From: a virus
Taxonomy: Duplodnaviria > Caudoviricetes
Reading direction: 5' to 3' (one strand)
IMG/VR virus record: IMGVR_UViG_2706795940_000001
Span: 29,687-93,686 of that record
Length of the DNA stretch: 64,000 nucleotides
Numbering within the stretch: position 1 is the stretch's first letter; every line of letters starts with the position of its first letter. Shown one piece after another: positions 29,085 to 40,346 of this stretch. The position numbers and the translations under genes are program-made. The notes under the pieces were generated by a model, which worked only from the letters and a program-made list of their open reading frames with translations, ran no database searches and was not told where the DNA came from.

Positions 29085-31024
29085 CCGCGTATGCGCAGCT
29101 GAACCATCCCGAGGTCCGTGTCGACGGCAACTATGTCGTCCCGTTCAACGACCTCATCGGTCTGATCCCCGCGGAGGTGTCCGCCGGCATGGATCTTCAG
29201 GTCCGAGTGCCGCGGAGCGGACTGCGTGGACTCGGACGGGTCTTCGAAATCGACTATTACGCACGACAACTGACCATTGACGTGGAATGGATAAACGTGG
29301 AGGTAAAAGCATGAGGACGGAAGCGGACAAGGTCGCGGTGGAGGAGTTTGACGTACGTCGCCGGCGGACCATGTCGGACCTCCAAGAGGCGCTTGACCTC
29401 CTGGGAAGCTCAGCCATTCGGCACGCGGAAGGTCACTACCGAGACACCGTACGCCTCGAAGCTCTGGTGGATCAGGCGCTCGAGATCCTGGGCGAGAAGA
29501 ACGACGGCCGGCTGCTCGACGGCATCCGCCGACTCATCGCCGAGCGAGACGAGGCGCGTCAGGCGAAGCTCGAATCCGAGCAGCGAGCCGGGTTCGCGGA
29601 GGCGTGCTGCGGGTGCGACAACGGCGGCGAGCATGTGCTGCCGACCCCTTCCCCGATCAAGCCAGAGCACTGGCGATTCGCTGCCGAGCTGATCCGCAAG
29701 TCCGGCCAGATCGGTTCGTGGACTGCAGACAACCTCGAGTGGCAGGCACAGGGCATGGAGGCCGAGCTAGCCGAGGCAGAGCGGATCCAGGACGAAGCCA
29801 TCGAATCAGCTATCACCGCGTACTTCAAGGCGGCGCACGGTTGCCAACCGAAGACCGTGTACCCGCACGTTCGCACCGGCATGGAGGCCGCACTGCGCGC
29901 GGCGTCGAAGGTGGGCGAGAATGCCTGAGATCACCATCTACGGGGCATCCGACGACCTGGTTGAGGTCGAAGGTGCTGTGCGCGACGAGTTCAATCTTGG
30001 GCGCGATGGCACCCGCCTGCGACTGAGAGCACCGGACGGACTGCAGTTGGACGTTGCAGCAGACTTTTGCAACCCGGTCGTCGGCGGGCGACTCGACTGG
30101 GTGATCGGTGTGTATGCGGTCAACGCGTACCCGTCGTGGGGGATCCGATTCCACGAGCGCCCGGGCTGCGAAGGCGATCCGGCGGTCACCATCGAAGTGC
30201 CCGAGGGGACGACCGTCGAGGAGGTGAAGTATGACTGAGCCTGAGATCTCCGAGGGGGAACGAGAGGGCGCCCGCGATCTTCTCGAGGCGCTACGCGCGT
30301 CGTTGAAGGTCAACGTCACGGGTGCGCAGACCGAAGCTCCCCGAGGTCACATCCTGACCGTCACGAAGTGCGAAGACTTCGACCCCGAATACCCGAGCTT
30401 CGACTGGTCGATCGAATGCCAGAACGTGGACAAGTGCGGCGGCTGGCAGGAGTGCCACGAACTGCACGAGATCAGTGGCGCGTCTGCGGCGGACGGACCG
30501 TGGGACTGCGACGAGAACGCGCCGTGGGAAGGAATGGACGAGTTCGAGTTCCACGGCGTGCTGCACACGTGGCACTGGGGGCACGGGTGGACCGTGCCCT
30601 ACCGCGGGTGTGTGGTAGCGGGCAACGACTGGATCTGCGATTACGCGCACGACATCGCCCTCGATCACGGGTGTGGCCGGCACGAAGTCGAGGACGACTG
30701 GGATGACATGGACTGCTATCTGATTCACGTTCGGGCCCTCGCAAGCAGTGAACCGGAATCGTGACCAACCACGCCGCGATCGAGCTGGACGCGGCGAGAC
30801 TGTACCGCCAGATCCAGCACAAGGTGTTCGATGACCCCTGGCCCGACCTGCCCGATTTCATCCGGTGCAGGATGCGTGAGATCGCACAGGAGTGCCGTGA
30901 CGCACTCCTCGGTGGACACCACCGAATCTACAGCGACTACAGCGAATTCATGGATTACCGATCCGGTGTCTGCGCTGAGTGCTGCACCCCCTACCCCTGT
31001 GACATGAGGAGATTCTTTCAATGA
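29081..31024 (+). CDS. Run of five hypothetical genes (29081-29314, 29311-29928, 29921-30238, 30231-30764, 30761-31024)
   Basis: Coupled ORFs. Confidence 0.55.
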
Positions 31025-31221
31025 CTGGACCATCCCTGCCAAAGCTGTCCTACGGCAAGCGCGAACTCGCCGACGCCGTGGGAGTGAGCGAGGCAACCAT
31101 CGACCGTGAGATCAAGGCCGGCCGCATCGAGGTCCGCTACATCCGCAACAAGGTCGTCATCATGCACGAGGAAGCGGTGCGCTACCTCAACGACGCCCCC
31201 ACTGAGCGGGAGGACGTCTGA
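31021..31221 (+). CDS. Excisionase-like small HTH protein
   Basis: ELADAVGVSEATIDREIKAGRI, 66 aa. Confidence 0.65.
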   Translation: MTGPSLPKLSYGKRELADAVGVSEATIDREIKAGRIEVRYIRNKVVIMHEEAVRYLNDAPTEREDV

Positions 31222-31891
31222 TGACCCCCGCGGAGCACTACAAAGAGGCGATTCGACTACTGGGCGAGTCGGAGAGGGTGACGAAGGACGCTCATCGGCA
31301 GCGCGCGGAGATCGACGTCCTGAATCCGGTGGACAATGCTCGCCTTCGGGGGACCATCAACCGCGCCGAGCAGCTGCAGAGGAAGGCGCAGACTCACGCC
31401 CTACTTTCAATCGCTGCAGCCGGCCTGCCGCTCACCGTGCTCATCGACAACGATGACACTGCGGAGGACTGATCAATGTCCACGATCATCACCGACCGTG
31501 TTGTCACCACCAGCGTCCAGTTGGAATGCGACAGTGGAACCCTCAAGCTGTCAGATCTTCAACGATTCGTCGACGAGTGCGAGGACGAGGCAATCCCTGG
31601 GTTCTCCGAGGTCACCGTCGGCCGAGAGTGTACGTGGATCCGGGCCCAGTTCACGTCCGGGGACTGACTTGCCAAGCCGCGGGTAACTGTCTAATGTCTA
31701 ACCCAACATGTGAGTTCGCCCACCTCTTCGGCGCCTGTAACGCCCCAGCGAGCCACTTAGTCACCTACCGCTGGTGGGGCCAAATGCTCCTCTGTGACCA
31801 GCACTTCCAGGAAATGAACGTCAGCACCGACAAGCACGTACTCGAGACTCTCGCGGTCGACGCGAGCACCGAGTACCGCGCAGCGGACTGA
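31221..31891 (+). CDS. Three small hypothetical genes (31221-31472, 31476-31667, 31694-31891)
   Basis: Coupled ORFs. Confidence 0.5.
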
Positions 31892-31922
31892 CAAACACAC
31901 CATACAAGAGGGGAGCACTGAA

Positions 31923-33059
31923 TTGACTACGCAAACCCAGGAAACCAAATACGGGGTCAGATTGAGCGGACTTCGGGAAGCACACAACATGACGGCCGAG
32001 GAAGCCTCGGCACGCATGGGGTGGGAGCCATCGAAGTGGGGCCAGATCGAAAGCAGCCAAGGCGATTTCATCGAACACACCCAAGACATGGTTGCCGTCG
32101 CCCGGGACTTCGGTGTCGACGAGGCCTACCTCCGACCGAAGCTGCCGAAGCGTTGGATGGTCAACACCAAGCATGGCAAGCCCATCACCATCGTGAAGCG
32201 ACTGAACGCGTTGCGTGACGCCGGCTGGACCGAGTCGGACATCGCCGAGGCGACTTACATGCCCCTCGACCAGCTGCGAGACGTGCGCCACCGCGTAGAG
32301 ACCCTGGCACTGAACCACAACATGAACCGGTCCGCCAGCACGAAGAACATCGAGGCCGAACTGGTCATCCGATTCCTCGAGAACACCCCAGACATCTCGA
32401 CCCACGACGCCGACGAGCTGGTCCCCGCAACGTCAGTCCGGGCCCACATGCTCGCGCTCGAGGACGTCGGGTACAGCCGGTTGACCTACACCCACCGCGG
32501 GCCCGACCGTGACGGGATCTTCCTGCAGATGGTCTCGTTCAATCATCACGTGGCGCAGGCATTGTCGAAGCCCAACGCCGACCACATCCTCGTGCGCAAC
32601 GACATCGCGCAGGAGGTGCTGTCGCTGCCCACGGACGTGAACGCGCACATCCCGAGCTCCCTCGGCGCCACCCGTCGGGCCCAGGCCCTTGTCGCATGGG
32701 GGTACGACCCATCCCAGATCCGACGCGAGGCTGGACTCACCGCGGACCAGCTGCACCGCATCCTGTGGACCGACTGCAGCGCGCCCCTGGATCGCAATGA
32801 TGGCGTGAATCTTGTCCGCACATTCAGCAAACTCGAACACATTCCCGGCCGTAGCAAGAATTCGATCGACCTCGCCAAAAAGAATGGCTGGCCGCTTCCG
32901 TTCCAGTGGGATGAATACACAATCGACCGTGCGCAGACAAAGCCGTGCAAGGGTCGAGAAATCGTCAACACGATTGACTTGGACAATATGGAGCGTCGGA
33001 CCGAAGTTCTGAACAAAGAGTTCGAAGAACTCCTCCAGACCCTAGACAAGGTGGCGTAA
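31923..33059 (+). CDS. Multi-HTH DNA-binding protein
   Basis: N-terminal XRE-like HTH; GATRRAQALVAWGY and GWPLPFQWDE motifs of actinophage HTH proteins. Confidence 0.7.
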   Translation: MTTQTQETKYGVRLSGLREAHNMTAEEASARMGWEPSKWGQIESSQGDFIEHTQDMVAVARDFGVDEAYLRPKLPKRWMVNTKHGKPITIVKRLNALRDAGWTESDIAEATYMPLDQLRDVRHRVETLALNHNMNRSASTKNIEAELVIRFLENTPDISTHDADELVPATSVRAHMLALEDVGYSRLTYTHRGPDRDGIFLQMVSFNHHVAQALSKPNADHILVRNDIAQEVLSLPTDVNAHIPSSLGATRRAQALVAWGYDPSQIRREAGLTADQLHRILWTDCSAPLDRNDGVNLVRTFSKLEHIPGRSKNSIDLAKKNGWPLPFQWDEYTIDRAQTKPCKGREIVNTIDLDNMERRTEVLNKEFEELLQTLDKVA

Positions 33060-34049
33060 GTGCCACGCATTCGGGCCATTAAGCCAGAATTCTGGGCATC
33101 ACCGAACCACCCTGCAGATCCGTGGGCGCGGCTGCTGTTCGTGGCCATGTGGAACTGGGCCGACGACGCCGGAACCGGTACCGCCAACGCTCGGGAGCTA
33201 CTCGGATTCGCCTTCCCGAACGACGAGAACATCGACACGACGGACATCAAGCGGATGTTCACCGCGGTTGCTGACTCCTACGGTGTCGTCTTCTACAAGG
33301 TGGCTGGGCGGGACTACTTTCACGTCCCCACGTTCAACGATCACCAGAAGTTTGACCGCCGGCGCGGCGGTCGGCACCCGCTCCCTGCGGACGCCGAGGA
33401 GCTCTTGTACGGCAGTTTGTTGCAAGTTACAACCAAATCGGAAAGTTTGTTGCAAGTTACAACCAATTTTCCGGCTCGTGACCCAGAAACCGACCCTGAC
33501 CTGCATCAGAGCATCGATACGGCGCGCTGCGCCGACGAGTCGGCGCAAAAACAGCGCCGGAACAGGGGAACAGGGGAACAGGGGAACAGGGGAACAGGGG
33601 AACAGGGGAACGAAAAAGCGGAAGATCCTGACGGATCTTCATCCTCGGCAGTCGCTGTCGCGACGACCGAGCCCGCTCGCGACGAACCGGGGTTCCGGGA
33701 TGACGTGGATCGGCTCTGCGAGCGCTTGGCCGAGCGCGTCCGGCAGAATGCCGTCACGTCCAAGCCGGTCGTGATCCGGAAGGACTGGAGACGAGCGGCA
33801 AGGTGTCTAATCGACAACGATGGGGTAGACTACGACCGGGTTGTCCGAGTCCTCGACTGGTCACAAGCTGATCCGTTCTGGACCGCGAATATCCGATCGA
33901 TGCCGAAACTGCGTGAGAAGTTCGAAACTCTCGAAATGCAAATGAACCGGAATTCTCGTAGATCGAATGCCTCAATGGATTCGACACATCGAGGACTCGC
34001 GGATATGCAACGGATATTCGGAAATGCCGACCAGAAAGCAATTCAGTGA
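33060..34049 (+). CDS. Replication initiator (RepA/DnaT-like HTH)
   Basis: MPRIRAIKPEFW, ARLLFVAMWNWADDAG, FWTANIRSMPKLREKFETL; internal DNA repeats. Confidence 0.8.
   Translation: MPRIRAIKPEFWASPNHPADPWARLLFVAMWNWADDAGTGTANARELLGFAFPNDENIDTTDIKRMFTAVADSYGVVFYKVAGRDYFHVPTFNDHQKFDRRRGGRHPLPADAEELLYGSLLQVTTKSESLLQVTTNFPARDPETDPDLHQSIDTARCADESAQKQRRNRGTGEQGNRGTGEQGNEKAEDPDGSSSSAVAVATTEPARDEPGFRDDVDRLCERLAERVRQNAVTSKPVVIRKDWRRAARCLIDNDGVDYDRVVRVLDWSQADPFWTANIRSMPKLREKFETLEMQMNRNSRRSNASMDSTHRGLADMQRIFGNADQKAIQ
33414..33466. repeat. 23-bp direct repeat x2 (iteron-like)
   Basis: AGTTTGTTGCAAGTTACAACCAA at 33414 and 33444. Confidence 0.9.
33561..33611. repeat. 8-bp tandem repeat AACAGGGG x6
   Basis: Read directly; 48 bp keeps the reading frame. 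Confidence 0.95.
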
Positions 34050-34917
34050 AGAATACGAATGACACATACGCAATTGCGGTGTCTGTTCTGACGAAAGCTT
34101 CGATGCTCGATTCCAGGATCACCCTCCCCGCGGGAAAAGAAGAACGTGAATTCAAATACCAGGCGTGGGCGTCGGTGTTCACCCACGCCGGCGGCATGTG
34201 GCTCACCGAGTCGCTCGCGGCCGTCGACAACCACTACCGAGATGGCAAGTTCGCGATGATGCCGGCCGACGTCGTTGGCTACGTCCACGCGTTGCCGATG
34301 GACTCCTCGCCCGAGCGACTCAGGCAGTGGATCCTCGAGCAGGGTCGCCATCCGTACGCCCAGAACGTCCAGACGATGTCCGGCTTGGAGTTCAACCAGT
34401 CCGGCGATCCCGAGCAGGCGAAGGCCGAGTACCAGCAGTGGCTGGCCGAGAACATCGAAGAACTCACGTTCCGCATCTTCGGCCGGTGGTCCGAGGGTGT
34501 CGCGAAGATCAAGGGTCAGCCCGTCCGGAGTTCCATGCTCGACCCGTACGGCCTCGCCGGCGTCCTGAAGGTGGAGGCCTGATGTTCACGACCGACGAGC
34601 GTCCGTGGGACTCGCCCGGGCTCCCGGCAGGCGAGCGCTGCAGGTGGCATCGAGGCCTTTGCGCGTACCACGAAGCCGATCCGGCGAGGTGCACCTACTG
34701 CCATGCACAGCCCTCGACATGCGAGTGCTCCAGCCTCCACCCCGTTTTGTCGCTGGAAACCGCTCTGTCGGCCATACAGGCGGCAAAGAGCGGGACTCCA
34801 GCGAAGGGACTGAGGGAGCAATTCTCGATTTCGAACGGGGTGGCCGTCGGACTGGTCCGGCGAGCTGTGGCCAAGAAGAGCTCAGACAACGAACAAACCG
34901 AAAAACAGGAGAACTGA
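34046..34917 (+). CDS. Two hypothetical genes (34046-34582, possible initiator partner; 34582-34917, Cys-rich)
   Basis: Coupled to the rep gene. Confidence 0.5.
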
Positions 34918-34920
34918 CGG

Positions 34921-35259
34921 ATGGACTTCGACGACTATCAGGATGCGACCGCCGCCACCGCCATCTACCCAGGCGCCGGCACCGGGTCGATGGCCGCGCT
35001 GGCCTACATCGAACTCGGCCTCGGCGAGGCTGGCGAGATCCAGGGCAAGCTCAAGAAGATCCTTCGCGACGACGAAGGGGTGATCACCGCCGAGAAGCGC
35101 AACGAGCTCGCGAAAGAGCTCGGCGACCTCCAGTGGTACGTCGCGCGTCTGTCGGATGAACTCGGCCTCGCGCTCAGTGCGGTCGCCCGGGGCAACCTCG
35201 ACAAGCTGGCCTCCCGCAAGGACCGCGGCGTGCTGCAGGGGAGCGGGGATAACCGGTGA
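34921..35259 (+). CDS. MazG-like nucleotide pyrophosphohydrolase
   Basis: GEAGEI..K.KK..RD, KELGDLQWY, NLDKL.SR..RG.L.GSGDNR. Confidence 0.92.
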   Translation: MDFDDYQDATAATAIYPGAGTGSMAALAYIELGLGEAGEIQGKLKKILRDDEGVITAEKRNELAKELGDLQWYVARLSDELGLALSAVARGNLDKLASRKDRGVLQGSGDNR

Positions 35260-36947
35260 GGATCGATCCGCAGCAGAAAAGGCTGCAGGACGCCCTGGAT
35301 GCCGAAGACGACAAGCGGTGGGAGTTGCGTCTCGCCAAACTCATGCTTGGCGTGTCGGTTCTAGCCACCGTCGCCGTGATCGCCGCATGGGTCCTCTTGA
35401 TCCGCTGGGGCATCGACGGGATGGGTGAAGAGGGCGTTGACAAGGGAGGACCGGTCGCCGCCGGCATCTGGGGACTCGTCCTCCTGTCCGTCGGCGCAGC
35501 TACCGCAGTTGCTTTCGCGGCGCTCCACTGGCACGACCAGCGGATTTCCTTCATGAAGGCAAAACGGTACGCGCGCAACGTTTCCTTGGGGGTGGTGTGA
35601 TGACAGACCTCAAGGTTCAGCACCTGCTGGACGGAATCGATGACGCCAAGGACGAGGTCCGGGTGAAACGCAGGTTCATGCGAATCCTGATCTCCCTAGC
35701 ACTGTTGAGCTGGGCCTCGGTTGTCATCGGATTCTTCATCAGTCATGTGGGCATCAGCGTAACCATGGTGATCGTGGGCTTCATTGCGGGGCTGCTCTTC
35801 TCGGGATTCTCCTCGTTTGCATGGGCTGACTATCGAGACAGCCTCCCCAAGATTCGCCAGGCCGAGCGCGCGCACCGAGATCACCTCATCCGGGAAGGGC
35901 ACCTGTGAGAACGTACAAGATGCCCGAGCCGCCCGAGGGTATGCGCTGGAAGATCGCGAAGTCGTTTTGCGGCCTCGATGGCTACGTCCACGTCAAGCTG
36001 CAGGAGCGATGGCTTGGCATTTGGTGGACGTTGGACTACGGCGTTGCTTGCCTCGACGGAACGCCCGAGCAGAACGCGGACAACTGTCAGTACGCCGCCG
36101 AGTTCACACTCAAGCAATTCCAGCGCAAGATGCGGATGACCAACAAGCTCGACGTGAACGGGCTCGAGGGCGCCGTCCGCGGCCGTGGAATCGTGGGTTC
36201 CAGTGAGTAACATGCCGAATCGACCATCGGTCACCTTCTACGACCTGTACTCACGGCATGAGGTGACGGCCGGCGAGATCCACGACTTCATCGAGTTTTG
36301 GCATCACGAGTACGAGGGTGACCTCGAGCTGCGTGAATACCTCGGCATGACCCGGAATCAGTACTCGTACTGGGTCAGTCACAACGAACTCGTGCCCGCG
36401 GCGCTCGCCGACTGGTGGGAGCGACTCCTGCAGATGGATCGCGACCGAGCGACAATCAAGCAGCAGAAGAGGTCCGAGCGCGCCGGGAGGCGATGGCGAT
36501 GGTTGCCACGGATGTGATGTAGTGTCTACTATCTAACGCAACAGACAACAGACGAGATGAGGAGGGTTGATGACTGCACAGGGTATGACCATCTACGAGC
36601 CGTTCACACTGGGTCGGCTGATCAAGAACTTGCGGGATCTGCCGCCGGACACGAAGGTTCGCGGGCTGGATGGGATCGTCCACTCGTACCGGGGTTGGTA
36701 TGAGCGCAACGCCACGACCCCGACCGGCCTGGTCAACACTGCCGGCGACTTGGCTGACTTCTACCAGTCTGACATCGGCGAGACGATGGGGGGCTGGAAG
36801 GGCGGCGACTACATCATCTCGGCCGACGAGCTCATCTACTACGCCGACTATGGCGACTCCGGTCCACTCATCATCGGACTCGAGCCGACCGAAGACGACG
36901 GCACCTACACCCCCGTACTCCTCGCCGACCGCCACTACCTTCTCTAG
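35256..36947 (+). CDS. Two membrane proteins (35256-35600, 35597-35908) and three hypothetical genes (35905-36210, about 36203-36517, 36567-36947)
   Basis: TM segments; coupled ORFs. Confidence 0.55.
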
Positions 36948-36963
36948 AAACGGAGCATCAAAC

Positions 36964-37368
36964 ATGAAGCCATTCAAGAAGTTTGCAGCAGCAGCCGTCG
37001 CACTCGCGGCCGGCGCCACCATCCTCACCGCATGTGACGGCCAGAACGAGGCCGACGTCGTCTCGGAGAACATCGCGACCGCCGCGGACAACTTCGAGAT
37101 CAACCGACGCATCGTGATCATCAACAACCAGGCGCCTGAGGCCGAGCGGGTCATCCAGCTCATCGAAGGCTGGTGCAACGCCGAGATCGACCCGGACGTC
37201 ATCCGCACCACCTGCCGAGTGCCCGGTGGCTACCACAAGCACATCAACGGCCGAAACGCCCACACCACGTTCTCCGTCCAGCAGCTCGACGCCGCCCGGG
37301 TCTCGAAGGACCACTACCGCGTGGTCTACAACCCGTCCACCATCATCCCGGACATCGAGATCCGATGA
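36964..37368 (+). CDS. Lipoprotein
   Basis: Signal peptide MKPFKK...LTAC lipobox; ADNFEINRRIV motif. Confidence 0.75.
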   Translation: MKPFKKFAAAAVALAAGATILTACDGQNEADVVSENIATAADNFEINRRIVIINNQAPEAERVIQLIEGWCNAEIDPDVIRTTCRVPGGYHKHINGRNAHTTFSVQQLDAARVSKDHYRVVYNPSTIIPDIEIR

Positions 37369-38455
37369 GGGTCCGGTCGATAGAACTCGCCGAGAACGGA
37401 TTCCCCGAGCAGGTCACGGTCGTGATGTCCCGCTCTGAGGCCGAGTGGATCACTCTGGTCCTCGGCAGCCTGACCGGCGAGCAGGAAGAAGCGATCAAAC
37501 CTGGTTACCGGGAGCAAAGCGGCGAGATCTACAACGCCCTGGTCGGCGAACTCTTCAACCGCTTCTGGGAAGACGGGATCAATGACGCGGTGCGGGGGAG
37601 GGATCGCCGGTAATGAGTGACACCCCAGCACCCGCAGAGATCGTGGACAGGGTCCTCGACACCATGACGACCCTCTACGACGCCGACGCGGACCGCGTCA
37701 TCGCTGCTCTGTCTGAGCACTACCACCTACTGCCCCGGGTGGAGTCGCACCCGATGCGCGTTGGGCTGATTGACATGGCACCGGAGGACGAGATGTTCCC
37801 TGGTGACGACCCGGTGCTCACGGTTCGCTTTTCCGCGGGCATTCCACAACCCGGTCGGCTGTTCGGCCTTGACGAGCTGGCCGCGGCACTGATGGCTGCG
37901 CATTCTTCGGGGGTGTCGAATGTCTGACATCCCAAATCCCGAGGCCCAAGCTCGACTCGACCTCGCCGAACTTCAGCGAACGTTCGTCGTCATGGATGCC
38001 GCCAAGGTAATCCTCGACAGTCTGAACCAGATGCAGGACGACAATCATGCGCAGATCAAGCGCGTGTTTCCCGACAGCAACCCGAAGTTCGTCGACTACT
38101 CGGTGGAGTCTTGGACTGCCGCCGCAGCCCTCGACCGGGCCGGGATGCTGAAGGCAGCGGAGTGATCCCTTACGAATACTTCCTCGGTGTCGCAACAGTC
38201 TTCGTTGTTGTTTACATCGGGGTCGGTATCTACGGAACTATCGACATCGTCCGCCACGGACGTCCGTCGAGGGTGTACTTCAGCCCCGACCAGTACAGGC
38301 CCCTGCGGTATCGGGCGTGGGGGTTCTGGCCGCTCACGTTCATCACCCCACTGTTGTGGCCGCTGACACTCCTGGTGGTCGGCCTGGACAGGCAGTGGAC
38401 GAATCGGCAGATCGCCAAGCGAATCAAGAAGCGCAACGCAGGAGGTACAGAATGA
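37365..38455 (+). CDS. Four small genes (37365-37613, 37613-37927, 37920-38165, 38162-38455 membrane)
   Basis: Coupled ORFs. Confidence 0.5.
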
Positions 38456-39219
38456 GCATTTTCAGTCGCAACACCCGCACCGCGGACATCGCACCCACCG
38501 GACGCGGGCCGGTCAAGCTGGTCAAGGAGTCCGGGCCGGCGAACGACCGGTCGGCGATCGAGTCGTCTGGCGCCGGCATCGACCTCGTGAAGCGTTTCGA
38601 CAAGGCTGGTATCAGTCTGTCTAAACGTGGTCTGGACGGTGTACGGGCCGAGGCGGTCATGCTGCTCGACCACTCGGGCTCAATGTCGTACGACTACGAG
38701 AACGGCACGGTGCAGGCCATCGTGGAGCGCGCACTCGGGTTCGCCCTGCAGATCGACGGAGACGGAACCGTCCCGGTCATCCGGTTCGACTCGGGCGTCC
38801 GCAAGGCAATCGACGTGAACCTGAGCAACTACGCCAGCATCACGTCGTCCAAGCTCTACGAGCGCAACAAGATGGGCACGACGAACCTGACCGCTGCGCT
38901 CGAGGAACTGAAGTCGATTGGCCAGCAAGCCACCTCGCCCATCTTCGCGATCATCGTCACCGATGGTGCGCCGAACGACCCGACGTCAGCCGAGCGACTG
39001 GTCCGCGAGCTCGAGTCGCTCCCGGTGTTCCTCAAGTTCCTGTCGATCCAGCCGGTCGCCTGGCTGGACAAGCTCGACGACATGAGCCGGCAGCTGATCG
39101 ACAACGCGGATGCGAAGGCGATCGACGGCACCGAGTCGGACCTGCAGTTCGCCGACAAGATGACTGACGAATGGGACACCTGGATCGCCGCGGCCCAGCA
39201 GAAGGGCATCTTGGCGTGA
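38452..39219 (+). CDS. vWA domain protein (TerF-associated vWA type)
   Basis: MIDAS DHSGSM, T, VTDG; R.IDNA motif; N-terminal VKLVK/IDLVK/ISLSK repeats. Confidence 0.85.
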   Translation: MSIFSRNTRTADIAPTGRGPVKLVKESGPANDRSAIESSGAGIDLVKRFDKAGISLSKRGLDGVRAEAVMLLDHSGSMSYDYENGTVQAIVERALGFALQIDGDGTVPVIRFDSGVRKAIDVNLSNYASITSSKLYERNKMGTTNLTAALEELKSIGQQATSPIFAIIVTDGAPNDPTSAERLVRELESLPVFLKFLSIQPVAWLDKLDDMSRQLIDNADAKAIDGTESDLQFADKMTDEWDTWIAAAQQKGILA

Positions 39220-39593
39220 AGAAGATCCTGGTCACAGGCACCCGCACCTGGACCGACCGGGAGACCATCCACACCGTGCTCGCGCGCGCTGCCGGCTATC
39301 TCGGCGGTGCGTACGACCGAACCGCGGTACTCCTGATCGAAGGGGAGTGCCCGGACGGTGGTGCGGACATCATCGCCCGCGACATCTGGTGGTCCCAGGG
39401 TCGACCAGTCCTCGGCGTCCCAGCGAATTGGGAGGCCCTCGGTAAGCGCGCCGGTCCGGAGCGCAACCAGCGCATGGTCGACATGATGCCCGACGTGTGC
39501 GTCGCGTTCCTACAGCCAGGTTCGCGCGGGACCGTCGACTGTGTGGCCCGGGCACGCGCGGCCGGCATCTTCGTGAAAGAGGTCTGGGGCTAG
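39216..39593 (+). CDS. SLOG family (DUF2493/YspA-like) protein
   Basis: ILVTGTR, GGAD, ANW..LGKRAGPERNQRM, SRGT. Confidence 0.85.
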   Translation: MKKILVTGTRTWTDRETIHTVLARAAGYLGGAYDRTAVLLIEGECPDGGADIIARDIWWSQGRPVLGVPANWEALGKRAGPERNQRMVDMMPDVCVAFLQPGSRGTVDCVARARAAGIFVKEVWG

Positions 39594-40346
39594 TGGCCCG
39601 CACAAACTCCTGGGCCGAAGTGGGGAAGTGCATCCTATGCCGCCTCGACGACGGCGTGGTCTGCACCCAGTGCGTCGAGGACATCAAACAACTCATCGAA
39701 TGGGGATGGCAGTGAGCAGGGAATTCAAGGTCGGCGACCAGATTCGGTTCGCCCCAAGCCGTGGTGACGGTCGACGCTGGTGGATCGTGCGTGCACTCAA
39801 CGATCGCTACATGGTCGCCACGCGCCAGGCTGCGTTCGAGCCGAAGGGTGTCCTCGTCTACACCGTCGTCGACCTCGTGGGGTGGCGCTACACCTACAAC
39901 GGCGCAGGTCCGGGCATGGTGCGCTCGAGTCTCAACACCCTCGGTGGGGGCTGGGAGATCGGGCCCGACGGCGAGGGGTGTCAGGACATCATCACTGCGC
40001 TCGAGATCGGCGAGTTCGAGCTGTCGAACCGCCGCGTTGTCGACGTGCAGTCGATCGAGCGAAGGCCACGGAAGTGAGCGCCGCGAAGCGCCAGTACGCC
40101 CACGAAACCTGGCTCAGCGAGCGGGACCAACTCGCCTACGACTTCAACCCGTCACCGCTTTCTGAGGGCTGGGAGCTGTACGAGCACTGGCAGATCGACG
40201 AGGACGGAAAGCCGTACCTGTGCGTGGTCACAAGCTCCGTCTATGACGTCGGCGACCTCGATCCGGGGGACTTTATCCTGCGCCGCCGGTGGGGCGCTGC
40301 AGGCGTACCGGAGATCGTCAATCATGCTCGACCAGCAGGAGAATGA
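39593..40346 (+). CDS. Three hypothetical genes (39593-39715, 39712-40077, 40074-40346)
   Basis: Coupled ORFs. Confidence 0.5.
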
